Origin: Eledone cirrhosa
Taxonomy: Eukaryota
NCBI GenBank assembly: GCA_964016885.1
Contig: OZ024740.1
Location: 233,492,001-233,556,000, forward strand
Direction: 5' to 3'
DNA: 64,000 nucleotides
In this document: positions 44,203-59,072 of the stretch, piece by piece
How positions within the stretch are numbered: the stretch's first letter is position 1
Layout: each line of letters opens with the position of its first letter
The notes under the pieces: model-generated
The model's database searches: none
Seen by the model: the letters and a program-made list of their open reading frames with translations, nothing else
Told to the model about the DNA's origin: nothing
Made by a program: the position numbers and the translations under genes

Positions 44203-44588
44203 CCCCACACATACATACACACACACATATATATATACATACACACATACAAACATCCACACACACACACACACACATATATATACACACATACACACAC
44301 ATATATATATACACACACACACACACGCATATATATATATATATACACATACGCATACATCCAGATACCCACATACATACACACACACACACACGCACAC
44401 ACAATACATACATCCACATGCACACACATACTCACACACACACACACACACATACATACACCCACACACAGAGAAATGGCCCTCAAATATATATATATAT
44501 ATATACATACAGACATATATTTTTTCCATAATATAAGAAGTTGGGGCAGTGAAATTAAAATACAAGTCATTCTGATCACACCAAAACA

Positions 44589-46343
44589 ATGGGGAACCTT
44601 TTGACCTTACTGAATAAATACCGCAACAGCTTAACCACAAAAGAGTTTAACTATATAAGCCACTTCAAATGCAATACAAGCTCTTTTTACGGCTTACCGA
44701 AACTTCACAAATGTAAACCCATAAACGATGCATGTGACACCTCAACCAACAATTACATTGAACTAACACCACCAGAAGACCTAAAACTCAGGCCAATTAT
44801 AGCAGGCCCTACATGTGAAACCCACAGACTTAGCAACTTTCTGGACATCCTACTGAAACCCTTTCTACAACATATACAGAGCTACATACGAGATGACCTT
44901 GACATGCTGAAACACCTCCCTAAAACAGTAAGTGCAAATACAATTCTTGTCTCCTTTGACGTAATAAACCTCTACACAAACATACCTCACAACTATGGAA
45001 TAACAGCAGTCCAATACTGGCTTAACACACACCCATCAGAAATACCGACACGCATCAACACAGATTTTATCACTGACGGACTCCGCTTTATCCTACAAAA
45101 TAACTACTTCACATTCAATGGTTCAACATACAGACAAGTATCAGGTACGGCAATGGGCACGAAAGTAGCACCCACATATGCCAACCTAGTCATGGGATTC
45201 CATGAACAACAAATATACAGTCAGTCCCTTCTCTTATTTGGAGACTCTTTCCACACACACCTCAAAGCCAATTGGAAAAGATATCTAGACGACTGCTTTA
45301 TCCTATGGCAAAAAGACATGAACTCACTTACTACGTTTAAAAACATGATAAACAACATAGATAATAACATACAATTCACAATGGAATCCAATCCTAAGGA
45401 ATTAGCCTTCTTGGATATTCTCATCTCTGTAATAGACGGGAAATTAGATACAGATATATTCTATAAACCCACAGATTCCAAGCAATACCTCTTTTTCACA
45501 TCAAGTCACCCAAAACATACAAAACTTAACATTCCTTACAATTTGGCCAAACGTATATGTACCATAGTATCAGATCCACCTAAACGGGAGCAAAGACTAA
45601 AGGAACTAAAAGACACCCTTATCTTAAGAGCCTTTCCACTTGAAATAATCAACAATGGAATAGACAGGGCAAAACACCTAAATCCCCATCAACTTAACAA
45701 TCCAAAACAGAAAACCACACTCAACACCCTGCCATATGTATCCACTTTCAACCCCAGAAATACCGAAATGTTTGATCACCTACACAAAAACCTCCCCATC
45801 CTACTTAAAGATGTAAAAATGAAGTCTATTCTTGAAACACACAAGATCCTTAAAAGTAAAAGACAACCCAAATCACTTAAACGCATTCTCACTGGACCAA
45901 ATATACCCAAACCAATCCTCAACCCTACAGTTACCAAATGTGGTAGAACAAACTGTGGAACGTGCCTCTACCTCACTGAAGGACAAACATTTACATTCAA
46001 AGATGGCCAAACATTTACAGTAAAAAACAATTTCACCTGCAACTCGGAGAACTTGATTTACGCAATAACTTGCGGTGGGTGCAAACACAACTACATAGGA
46101 CAGACGGGCACCTCATTACGCAAAATAATGACCATCCACCGCCAACAAATCCGGGACGCTAACACAAGAAAAATCCCCTTGAGCAGCCATATTGCGAACT
46201 GCGCAGGAATGACACTACCCAACTTTAAAATCTTCCCCTTCTACAAGTGCTCAGATTCGTTCACACAACAACAAAGAATAAACAAAGAAAATCTATTCCT
46301 TAACAAATTTAAACCAAAACTAAACGGGTTATCACCCCAATAG
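44589..46343 (+). CDS. PLE reverse transcriptase + Cys-rich linker + GIY-YIG endonuclease (N-terminally truncated)
   Basis: [88 protein letters not shown]. Confidence 0.95.
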   Translation: MGNLLTLLNKYRNSLTTKEFNYISHFKCNTSSFYGLPKLHKCKPINDACDTSTNNYIELTPPEDLKLRPIIAGPTCETHRLSNFLDILLKPFLQHIQSYIRDDLDMLKHLPKTVSANTILVSFDVINLYTNIPHNYGITAVQYWLNTHPSEIPTRINTDFITDGLRFILQNNYFTFNGSTYRQVSGTAMGTKVAPTYANLVMGFHEQQIYSQSLLLFGDSFHTHLKANWKRYLDDCFILWQKDMNSLTTFKNMINNIDNNIQFTMESNPKELAFLDILISVIDGKLDTDIFYKPTDSKQYLFFTSSHPKHTKLNIPYNLAKRICTIVSDPPKREQRLKELKDTLILRAFPLEIINNGIDRAKHLNPHQLNNPKQKTTLNTLPYVSTFNPRNTEMFDHLHKNLPILLKDVKMKSILETHKILKSKRQPKSLKRILTGPNIPKPILNPTVTKCGRTNCGTCLYLTEGQTFTFKDGQTFTVKNNFTCNSENLIYAITCGGCKHNYIGQTGTSLRKIMTIHRQQIRDANTRKIPLSSHIANCAGMTLPNFKIFPFYKCSDSFTQQQRINKENLFLNKFKPKLNGLSPQ

Positions 46344-46951
46344 AATTGTCATAAAATATAAACACACATACGCACGGAATCACTACTATTAAAGACCAGA
46401 GACCAATTCTGTAGAATCAGGTTTATTCATTGACAGACCATGCCTTTGTGTGACCAACACATCCATGTTAAACCCTGCACGTGCACACACATATATCTAT
46501 ATATATATGCGCACACAGAATTCACCACTGTCGGTTGCGGGGCCCAATCTACATGAAGAACTCAATGTGATCAGAATGACTTGTATTTTAATTTCACTGC
46601 CCCAACTTCTTATATTATGGAAAAAATATATGTCTGTATGTATATATATATATATATATTTGAGGGCCATTTCTCTGTGTGTGGGTGTATGTATGTGTGT
46701 GTGTGTGTGTGTGAGTATGTGTGTGCATGTGGATGTATGTATTGTGTGTGCGTGTGTGTGTGTGTGTGTGTGTATGTATGTGGGTATCTGGATGTATGCG
46801 TATGTGTATATATATATATATATGCGTGTGTGTGTGTGTGTGTATATATATATGTGTGTGTATGTGTGTATATATATGTGTGTGTGTGTGTGTGTGGATG
46901 TTTGTATGTGTGTATGTATATATATATGTGTGTGTGTATGTATGTGTGGGG

Positions 46952-47035
<84 letters not shown>

Positions 47036-47074
47036 ATGTATGTGTGTATCTGGATGTATGTGTATGTATATATA

Positions 47075-47135
<61 letters not shown>

Positions 47136-47204
47136 ATGTGTATATATATGTGTGTGTGTGTGTATGTGTATATGTATATGTATGTATGTGTGTGTGTATG
47201 TGTG

Positions 47205-47245
<41 letters not shown>

Positions 47246-47595
47246 GTATATGTATGTATGTGTGGATGAAGGTATGTGTGTATATATAGGTGTAAGTGCA
47301 CTAAATCCTTTTCTATCACGCTCCACTCTCCTACCCATCACAGGAAGATATGTGTGTGTATATTGCTTCCACCCCCTCACTGACCAGCAGCTGGCGATTG
47401 CTAAATCTGACCTTTATAAAATAACCCACACCCCAAATAACTTCTCATTCACTACCAGAAAGGGACACAGCAGTCAACCTGTTGTTGCTACCTAGATGAA
47501 AACTGCTATGAAATCCCACAATGAATTTTATACTTGAATTTTCAAGTCTCAAATTTTAACTCTTCGTATTATTAATTTTTCTTAATATTAATCAA

Positions 47596-47640
47596 CATTT
47601 GAAAAGATGGCTTTTGCAGACCCATCGAAACCGGTCATTT
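47596..47640 (+). ncRNA. Variant hammerhead in the PLE pLTR (inverse copy at 43518-43560)
   Basis: TTGAAAA-GATGG..CCATC-GAAACCGGTC with palindromic stem III; non-canonical core. Confidence 0.55.
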
Positions 47641-47942
47641 TTTATACCCTTTATTATTTCCTTACCTTATAAAATTATGTTTTTTCACAAAAAAGTATTC
47701 TGTCTCTTATATATTCCATGTGCCATTACCAACCTCAATTTTCTCTCTCTCTATATATATATATATATGAAGGGACGTATTTCATATTACTACTACCTCC
47801 ACTAACGTTGAGAACAAACCGGGTCATTCCGACTGCTGCTGGCAACAGCGGTGGCTAGTTTGACCTACCTCCTTTTGCCTCTATCTTTGCTACGGCCCTT
47901 GATAAACCTGTTCTACATCATCCACTCTCATCCCAGGAACAG

Positions 47943-48023
47943 TTTTTGACGAGAATCTCTCTTTGCAACGAAGGCCGTATGGTCTCCGTTTTATTTTTAG
48001 GATTCGAAACCGATCGGTAAAGG
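47943..48023 (+). ncRNA. Hammerhead-like motif (C3U variant)
   Basis: TTGACGA-GAATC...GATTC-GAAACCGATCGGTA, in the (TA)n-flanked element 47769-48095. Confidence 0.6.
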
Positions 48024-48132
48024 TAACTATAGTAGGTAAAGTCAATTTTTTAAAATTTATTTTGAAACTTTTTCATTATTTACTAAACCTTGTTTATATA
48101 TATATATATATATTATATATATATATATATAT

Positions 48133-48647
48133 ATAACGAAGGAAATGTGGTAAGGAACCAAGTGGACCATAACGCACCAAAGTACTCAATACTTAGGGTA
48201 GTAGAGTGGGTAATAGGAACGAGTAGGGGTCCTACTCGTTCCTATATATATATATATATATGTATATATATAAACCTTCAGTGAGTTACCAACATATATT
48301 CTATTCCACTCCATCCAAATCTCCAATTTAGATATGTTATAACTCAGTAACCGTTGGATGAATGAAAGATATAAAAATAAATAAAACATGCGCAGAAAAT
48401 GATTTAGAAAAAAGGCGGAACTTTAGATTACACTGATTGCACACGAAGTACATTTTTGAAGCAGAGTTGGGTAGAGTGGTGTATGTCAGTAGAGTAGGGT
48501 GTGGCTGGTCATCAGAAAACTTGCAGTAGTAATGTATTAGGTGGAAGGAATGACTGAGTTAAACCGAGGAATATTTAACGAAATTTTAATTCGAACGCGT
48601 GAGTGAATATTGGCTAGAACGGACTGTACGTATTTGAGAATAAGCAG

Positions 48648-48695
<48 letters not shown>

Positions 48696-48872
48696 CGAAG
48701 GAAATGTGGTAAGGAACCAGGTGGACCATAACGCACCAAAGTACTCAATACTTAGGGTAGTAGAGTGGGTAATAGGAACGAGTAGGACCCCGACGGCTGA
48801 GCTCAAGCCGTTTCGACGTCCAGAACAAGCCGTCGAAACGGCTTGAGCTCAGCCGTCGGGGTCCTACTCGTT

Positions 48873-48876
<4 letters not shown>
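48133..48876. mobile_element. Two family A fold-back copies (48133-48244, 48692-48876)
   Basis: Near-identical to 9751-9938; unrelated sequence lies between the two copies. Confidence 0.8.
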
Positions 48877-48935
<59 letters not shown>

Positions 48936-48950
48936 ATATATATATATATA

Positions 48951-49603
48951 GTGAAAAATGGAACGGGAACAAAACAGAGGCAGTACGAACAAAGTTTCAC
49001 GCTCTTGAGAGTGTGAGGGGGGGGGACGTTTCGGGCATAAGACCTTCTTCAGGCGAAAAGTGGGTGGGAAGAGAGTTCCTAGGGTCTGTAGGGGAGTGGA
49101 GGAGAGACATTTAGAAAAAAAAGGGGGAGGGCAAGGAAAGGGAGGAAAAACGGTGGAAGGGGTACAAATAAAAATTAAAAAAATAAAAATAAAAAAAACA
49201 TCAAGATAAACAAGTGGTGGAAGGTTGTGTGGGGCGTGTAGGGGTGGTGGCGGGTGGAGTGGGGAGAGGGAGGCGGATTGTCCGAGCGGGGAGGGCTGAA
49301 GTTGGTGTATGTGTGTAGGTGTACGTGTGTGTGTGTGTGTGCGTGTGGATGGAGAGGGGTCAGAGGGGTGGGGGAGGCGGGAGGGGGGAGAGGATTCCGG
49401 AGATTGAGTGTGTATATATGTGGGGGTACGCCGAGGGGAGTGTGGGTTGGAGGGTGAAGATGGTGCGTTGTCGACCCTGGGGCGGGTGGCGGGTGTTCCG
49501 GCATTGGAGTAGGCCACAGACTGTGAGGTGGTGCGCGGAATGTCCAGGGGAGCGAAAGTGGCGGACGATGGGGAACTCCCACCGAGACGAATATCCCGGA
49601 ATA
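48951..49603 (-). mobile_element. Family C solo pLTR-like element with minimal hammerhead
   Basis: CTGAAGA-AGG TCTTATG CCC-GAAACGTC at 49025-49052. The tail CTCTCAAGAGCGTGAAAC is shared with 15200-15265 and 49700-49800; the body resembles part of 42700-43350. Confidence 0.7.
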
Positions 49604-49817
49604 TATATATATATATATATAATATAGAAATGGCTTCTACAGGACTAGAACTGTTCCATTGGAAGGAAATGATCATCATATATATATATATATATATTAA
49701 AGTTGAGCCAGTAAACAGGAAAAAGAAAAAACAACGTGGAAGCGAAGAGGCAGTACAAATGTTAATATTAGTTTCACGCTTGAGAGTGGGGGGTGAGGGA
49801 CATATATTTATATATAA

Positions 49818-49895
<78 letters not shown>

Positions 49896-49914
49896 GTATA
49901 TATATATGTATATA

Positions 49915-49983
<69 letters not shown>

Positions 49984-50027
49984 GTGGTTCTTCATATGCG
50001 TGTATATGAAAACATATACAATAAGTT

Positions 50028-50114
<87 letters not shown>

Positions 50115-50536
50115 CATTGATGCGATGACTAGAAATTCATAATTCATTTTATTCCATATTCCGCTGTAATACGCATTTCTGTGGTGTTAACAACTATGTA
50201 ATGCTGCCAACACACAGTTACCAACACAACGACTTCTTCAGACAGTATTTTACGCAACACAGTTGTTATGTAATATATTTCTAATGCAATACGGGCTATT
50301 CATAAGAGGATACTCTTGTATTACTTGTTTCTTCTACCAGAGACATTCGCAGAGGCATTCAAACACACACAGACACACGTATAAACATACGTACCCCCTC
50401 CCCCCTCCCCATATGCATATGTATGTATGTGTGTGTGTGTGTGTGCGTGTGTTTGTATGTATATATATGTGTATGTAAATATATGTGTGTGTATGTTTGT
50501 ATGTACGTTTGTATGTATGTATATAATTATATACAA

Positions 50537-50942
50537 GAGATGACCCCTTAGCCTTTGTCAAGGCAGAATTCTAGGAGAAGGAAAACTCTGAGATAACACC
50601 TGCAACTCTGATGGTATCCAATGATGTTGACTTGTTCTTCTTTTTGGTAAATATCATCTCGGTTAAGAGAGTGGGACTGGCTTTGTGCAGTGCCTTTGCT
50701 CACTATAAAAGCTTCATGGCACAGGCATTGCTTTATATCAGGAGATCCCTCTGCACTTGGCGTCACATGGTAGCATGGGCCCAGCACTATGTGTCAATAA
50801 TTGTCACAAGTGTAGTGTTTGTACCAGAGTTTTCAAGTCGCTGGCTGGACTAAAATGTCACACTCGTTCAGCGCATCGGTAGGGGTTCTCCTACATGGAT
50901 ATAAAGTAGTGGCCATACTCGAAAACGAGTTGGCAGCCACCA
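50537..50942 (+). mobile_element. Partial copy of the 12151-12727 repeat
   Basis: Reverse complement of about 12151-12557 with scattered substitutions. Confidence 0.85.
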
Positions 50943-51311
50943 TATAATTATATACATTCTAATCTTCTTTATATGGGGAATGGGTTTTCTTATCGACAGG
51001 TATTGGAAATATCGCTCGCATTCTAGTCTCATCTCTTCTGGAAAGTTATTTATTTATTTATTTATTTTCATATTTGTAAGTTTGCTTCGAATACTAAAAT
51101 TCGTGAGACATGTTTCAACGTTGCCAGATATACATAGCATCGTTTTTAGGATATAGCATTGTTGACCAGTGTTGCTGCCACTTTAGAATAGACAAGTCGA
51201 CTATGATTGGTGTAGATATTGATGCCGGAATCAAAATTCTTACAGTTATATTCTTACGTCATCAGTCAGATATTTATTTATTTATCTTTTATTAGCATAT
51301 TTATCTTTTAT

Positions 51312-51490
51312 TTGGCAGTATCGGTAGAGGATCGGACGCTATGCTTTGCAGCATAGTTACGTCCCTTTACGATCTGAGTTCAAATCCCGCCGAGGTTAAC
51401 TTTGCCTTTCATCCTTACGGGGTCGATAAAATAAAGTACCAGTAATGCACTGAGTAATTGCTGGCCTTGTGCCAAAAGTAGAAACAATTA
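51312..51490 (+). mobile_element. MetaSINE-like SINE copy
   Basis: Same family as 21971. Confidence 0.85.
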
Positions 51491-51908
51491 TCTTTTATTA
51501 GCATATTGGCAGAAGAATGGATGAACATATTATCAATAAGGTAATAAAACAGACCACAAAATGCATTACACCCACAACTCCTGGGGAAGTTGTAGGGGCA
51601 CCGTATTGGCATACGGTGTTTCTTGGAGCCTATCCTTCTGCAGGTCTGGATTTTAGCAGATTTCTTCCAGAGAAAAAATAGGGAATGTGAGAATGTAAAG
51701 GAAGAAGAGAGACAAGAATTATCGTCCCAAATACTGAGCTGGTATCTTTTATAACGACCTGGAATGGATGAAAAGCAAAGTTAAACCCAGAGGGATTTTA
51801 ACTCAGTGAGTAGAGAGCCGAAGCGAATATTGCAAAACATTCTATGCGAGGTTCTAGCGACTGTGACAATTCGCAGCTTGCACCAAATAATAAACTGGCA
51901 CTAATGAT

Positions 51909-52764
<856 letters not shown>

Positions 52765-54499
52765 ATACATACATATAGTAAACTGTTTGACTCCGACGGC
52801 AGAGATCAAGCCGTTTCGACGGCTATTTTTGGACTCATATATATATATATATACATATATACATATATATTGTTTGAGCTGGTGGTGTAAGCGATAATTA
52901 TTATTAAGTTGTATTCAAGCATGTAGAGGATTTCTTTTTATGGCCCTTAACCCTTTAGCATTCACATTACTCTATATATACTATTATATTTTCATGGTAA
53001 AGGCTTTATCTCGCATAATTATCTCACATAATATCGAATCTATGAGATTTTGAAAGTATTTATTTTGAGAACAATACCTTAACATCAGTTTGAGTGACCA
53101 GTTACAGCCAGTTTCAACAGAAAAAGGTTGAGATTTCTGGCCGGTTTGAACATTAAAGGGTTAACATATGCTATGTTAATGATATGCAGTCAATTGCAGC
53201 TTCTTTTTAGAGCAGGAGACACACATACATACACACACACAGGCATAGACATAAACATGCACATACACTGAAACACATCACTTACACATATTTGCACAGG
53301 AATATACGCATATACATACTTTCAGACGCAATCACGCTCACATTCGCAGACACACTCACAGTCACGTATACGCACACGCACATAATACACATACTTATGC
53401 ACATATATATTACAAACAAATTCACACATTTACACTTATACATACGCACATACAAACTGACACGAAGAAGTTTATATAATGAGTAAGCAATAAGCAATTC
53501 AATGAAATTAGAGATATTATATGTTTCAGCACGAAAACGTGATGGCGCGGTTCTCAAACCTATGACATCTATGTTTGTTATGGTAGTTTACCCAGAATGC
53601 ATTAAATGATGAAATAAACAACTCAGACAAGGACAACGCCAAATAACGACCAGATCATTATGTTGCTTTTATGTTCTCTCTACGAGCTCCTACACCTGGG
53701 TATTTAGTGCCCTAAACGAGCTGAATAATATGTGCACTCTTATCACAGTTATGTGCCATAATTTTCCAAATAAAATAATTTCAACTTAAGTTTTGTAAAA
53801 TGAAGAACCTGCATGTTTACAATTCTTGCATGCTTACAATTCAAGACAGAATTTTCCACTACTCAGTCCACATTCTCCTACACCAAATTATGTGACAGAA
53901 CATAACACCATACGACATTCTCCTCAGTTTAGGATATTGCCACGACACTCTTAAGGCATATGCCATAGGTAGTTTCAGTCCCGAAAAATTACATAATCTT
54001 CTTTCCACGTGAAGGGTGGTACAGGGCCGCTTATAGCGTGTTAGTAGCTGACAAAGCACTAGCTACTAGCAGGTAAAGAATTCGAGAAACAAATATAGCA
54101 AATATATGTCTTTCGAAAATCTAGGTCAATATGTATTTGTCTAATTTTTCTGCTCTGTATTTACATACGAAAGAATCTCTTAGTTTGTCGCACTAGTTTT
54201 TTTTTTTAAGCGGCCAACTGTTTGATGTTGATAATATCGGTAGATATCTTGTTTTTCTTGATACCGTATTAAAACGGTTTGTTAAAAAACACTTCAATTA
54301 AGCATACTCCTTTCTTCTGTTATTTATTCGCTAGGAGATGCAACTTTATAAGCTAATTATAGGAGACGCTGTACAACCCTTCGAATCGAAATCAGATTGT
54401 GTAACCTTTAAGCTAGATGAGGAAGAGGCATTGTTTTCTGTGTTGCGCCTGTATCATTTATTTATCCCCGCAGTGGTATTTTTGCTCGCATTATATCTT

Positions 54500-54632
<133 letters not shown>

Positions 54633-54695
54633 CTCTCTATATATCTATCTATATATATATCTATCTATCTATATATATATATATATATATATATA

Positions 54696-54828
<133 letters not shown>

Positions 54829-55855
54829 TATATATATATATATGACCAAGTACATATATATGTATTTATATATATACACTCACACACACATATATTCATT
54901 TTATTAAGGCTAAATAGTGAGTCTTGTTACTCTGGAGTATCACCTGCTTCTCACAGTCTCATCTGCATACACACACACATATATCTATATATATATATAT
55001 TTGAATGTGTATACATTTATATATATATATATATATGTGTGTATGTATGTATGTGTGTATGTGTGAATGTATGTATACCTCATTTATACTGTTAATACTG
55101 TGAAACAAGTGTGCTTTTGTTTTCTAATTGACTTCTAATAGTTTCTAGAGACTCCAGTAAAATCCCCAGATTCTAAATATTGTACAATATAGCAACGTTG
55201 TTTTTAAATAAATATAAGTTGCGTTCATATTATTTCTACCGCTCACTGTTGTTACCATATTTGTGTTTTTAAGCTATGAATCATTTTGTTTTCGTTTATC
55301 TACAGGTCTGTTGGGATTGAACACATCTATAATAAAAAGAATTAGTGCTTCACTTGTGACTAACTTTTCTTTATTATAGACACAGTGTATCTAACAGTAT
55401 ATTATATAGCCCGCCTTACCCATTTTAAAACGTTATAATATGATTGGAGAGAGCTTTGGCTGCTATTACTTGCATGTCGAGTGTTTGCTTAGAAACTCTC
55501 TCATTGGTATGTTGCAAATCAAATTGATTTAGTTGTTCTTTATGATCTTATGTAAACAACATCATATATTTATGCACCAAGACGTACTAAATCCGGGTTT
55601 ACCTCTCATATATTATTTCTTTTTCGTGATGTTTCTGTTTAGTCCACAGCAACTACGATTACAAACACTTTAGTTGTGTCGATCTAATATTTCCTTACTA
55701 TTAGAGTTACACTCCCCGATATGTACTTCCTCTTTCACAATGGCAGTAGGGTGCGATTTCAGAGAATTTAACGTCTATAAAGAGGCTCCTTGTTGACTCG
55801 TAGTACTGTGAAGCTGTGCACTTACGCGGTGGCTTAGATCAATTCCTTGTATATG

Positions 55856-56250
55856 GCTAGAATTGGTGCTCTGAAATAGCGATATATATATGAATGTATA
55901 TATAGTGTATTTTGCAATACACTGTATGCAATACACTGTATGATATTTCAGAGCACCAATTCTAATTTTCAATTTCTGCTTGACCGGCAACCGCTCTGTA
56001 TGATCAGTTCCTGATTATTACTAGAATTCTATAAGAATCAAACATTCATGATTTTCAGCAAACAGGTGGAGTACTTAGTTTTGATAAGTACCAAATAGTA
56101 CGAAACAGAGCTCTGTCAGCTTTATCTCCCCCTGTTTGCTGAAAATTTAAAGTAAGTGAGACTGTCGCTACTCTAAAACAATAGCGTAAGGTCTTCGAAA
56201 TGCTTTTAATTAAGCATACAGTGTATTGCAAAATACACTATATATATATA
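55856..56250. mobile_element. Rearranged fold-back element with variant hammerhead inside a long hairpin
   Basis: Short inverted repeats 55858-55877/55955-55974 and 55901-55929/56214-56242; TTGATAA-GTAC CAAATA GTAC-GAAACAGAGCTC at 56081-56113, enclosed by a TTTTCAGCAAACAGG/CCTGTTTGCTGAAAA stem. Confidence 0.55.
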
Positions 56251-56280
56251 TATGTATATATATGCATGTTTGTATGTACG

Positions 56281-56311
<31 letters not shown>

Positions 56312-56518
56312 AAGAGGTTGAAAATGCAATTTGAGTCTTTGAACATCTTTATTGACAAGTTATAAGTTATTGTAAATACCCTTGTTAAAGGCTCCAATTA
56401 CATTTTCAATTTCTTTTTCCTATATTTGACCCGTGTCAAAGAAAACATTACTTTCGAATATACGCCGCCGCCCTCCCACGCACAGGCAGTTGTTTATAGA
56501 TAGATAGATAGATAGATA

Positions 56519-57237
56519 TATTTCTTTATTAGCCACAGGGGCACAAAAGAAGGGGACAAATACAAAGGGGGAAGTTTACATACAATAAAAACGTGTAAAA
56601 TGTTATCACAGATGGAATTTAAAAAGTTACTCGATTTTCCCCAATAGAGGGAGACAGTTTATATGGGTAACACATACCCCCGAAAAAAAATGTGCAACCC
56701 TCATCTCCAGGAGTACGAAGAGTTTGTACTCCCTTCCTCTCCTCCTCCTTTTCCTCAACCTACAGGCTGATATAGAGAGAAGGCTCATTCACTCGGGCCA
56801 TTCTCGCCACTTTCACCCACCTTTCATAAAACTTGCTGGGGTACAGCACGTCTCTCTCCATCCTGATTCTTCTTCCAAAGTGGTATTTGAAAAAAAGAAT
56901 CAGTTGTTGGCCGGAGAGAAAGGTGTCTGACCTCAGCCCTTTCAACCTTGTCCACCATACAACCTCTTTCGCCATAGCTATCACACAAAGGAAAACCGCC
57001 TCTCCTTCGTTTTTGAAGGAGGGTGGCGGTTTGATCATGACAATGGACTCGGTGGTCAACTGGACTGGTCCCACCCGCGACAATAGTCGTTCTACATAGC
57101 CCCACAGGTCAGTGACGCCCGGGCAGTGTATGAATGCGTGCGCGACGGTTTCTTCGTCTTGCACGCACCTCGGACAGATCTTTTTTGCAGGGTCCCTGCC
57201 CGGGCGCCCATGTCTGTTGAGCTTGTCTCGAACTGGT
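56519..57237 (-). mobile_element. Tx1/L1-clade non-LTR 3' fragment inserted in (GATA)n
   Basis: LPVRDKL..CPRC..EETVAHAFIHC (zf-RVT-like CCHC), AKEVVW; 3' UTR with AATAAA; (TAGA)n on both sides. Confidence 0.85.
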
Positions 57238-57307
57238 AGATAGATAGATAGATAGATAGATACAATGTAAATAATCAAATAGTGTTTAAACTTTCAAATA
57301 TTTAATC

Positions 57308-57349
57308 ACTGACGATCGTTTCATTTTAGCCCAAGGCCGGATTCATCGG

Positions 57350-57350
<1 letters not shown>
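57308..57350 (-). ncRNA. Degenerate hammerhead
   Basis: CCGATGA-...-GAAACGATCGTC. Confidence 0.4.
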
Positions 57351-57416
<66 letters not shown>

Positions 57417-57419
<3 letters not shown>

Positions 57420-57841
57420 GATAAATCTACCAAGAGTTTACGGTAGTGTCCAATCCGTATGAAGAACTCAATGTATTCCGGATATCATGGAAAGAAGAGA
57501 TGCAATGAAAAATCACTTTCGGTGAAAGATAAACGGAATACAGAGTCAAGATAAAATATTAAACAAATAATGAATAAAACAATGAAACAGTTCCTTATAT
57601 TAAACAAAAAAAGTTCATTATTTAACGATCGTTTCATTATTTCTGAAGACGGCATATATGTGTGTTTGGTATGTAAATTTAATCTTGATAGTTTGTATAA
57701 TTTTGTATAATTTTGTACATAGATCTGTTGAATATGCATGCCAATTCTAACACATATATATCCTAGAAACGATCGTTAAATAATGAACTTTTTTTGTTTA
57801 ATATAAGGAACTGTTTCATTGTTTTATTCATTATTTGTTTA

Positions 57842-57850
<9 letters not shown>
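57417..57850. mobile_element. Fold-back element with long-stem-II hammerhead
   Basis: Inverted repeat 57551-57635/57766-57850; CTGAAGA at 57643 and GAAACGATCGTT at 57766; related copy at 14728-14920. Confidence 0.75.

Positions 57851-59072
<1,222 letters not shown>

Larger units (their letters stand above)
43374..47746 (+). mobile_element. Penelope-like element (Neptune-type) with inverted pseudo-LTRs, inserted in (TA)n
   Basis: The ORF is flanked by near-identical inverted repeats 43410-44580 and 46566-47746, with (TA)n outside both ends. Confidence 0.92.

Noticed and set aside
43410-47746. DNA transposon with long TIRs
   Set aside because: The enclosed ORF is PLE RT/GIY-YIG, truncated at the left junction, and the arms have unequal outer ends.
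56045-56090. SECIS element (Naiad-type PLE selenoprotein)
   Set aside because: AUGA-to-AA spacing is too short, a competing hairpin is stronger, and no linked UGA-containing ORF is visible.
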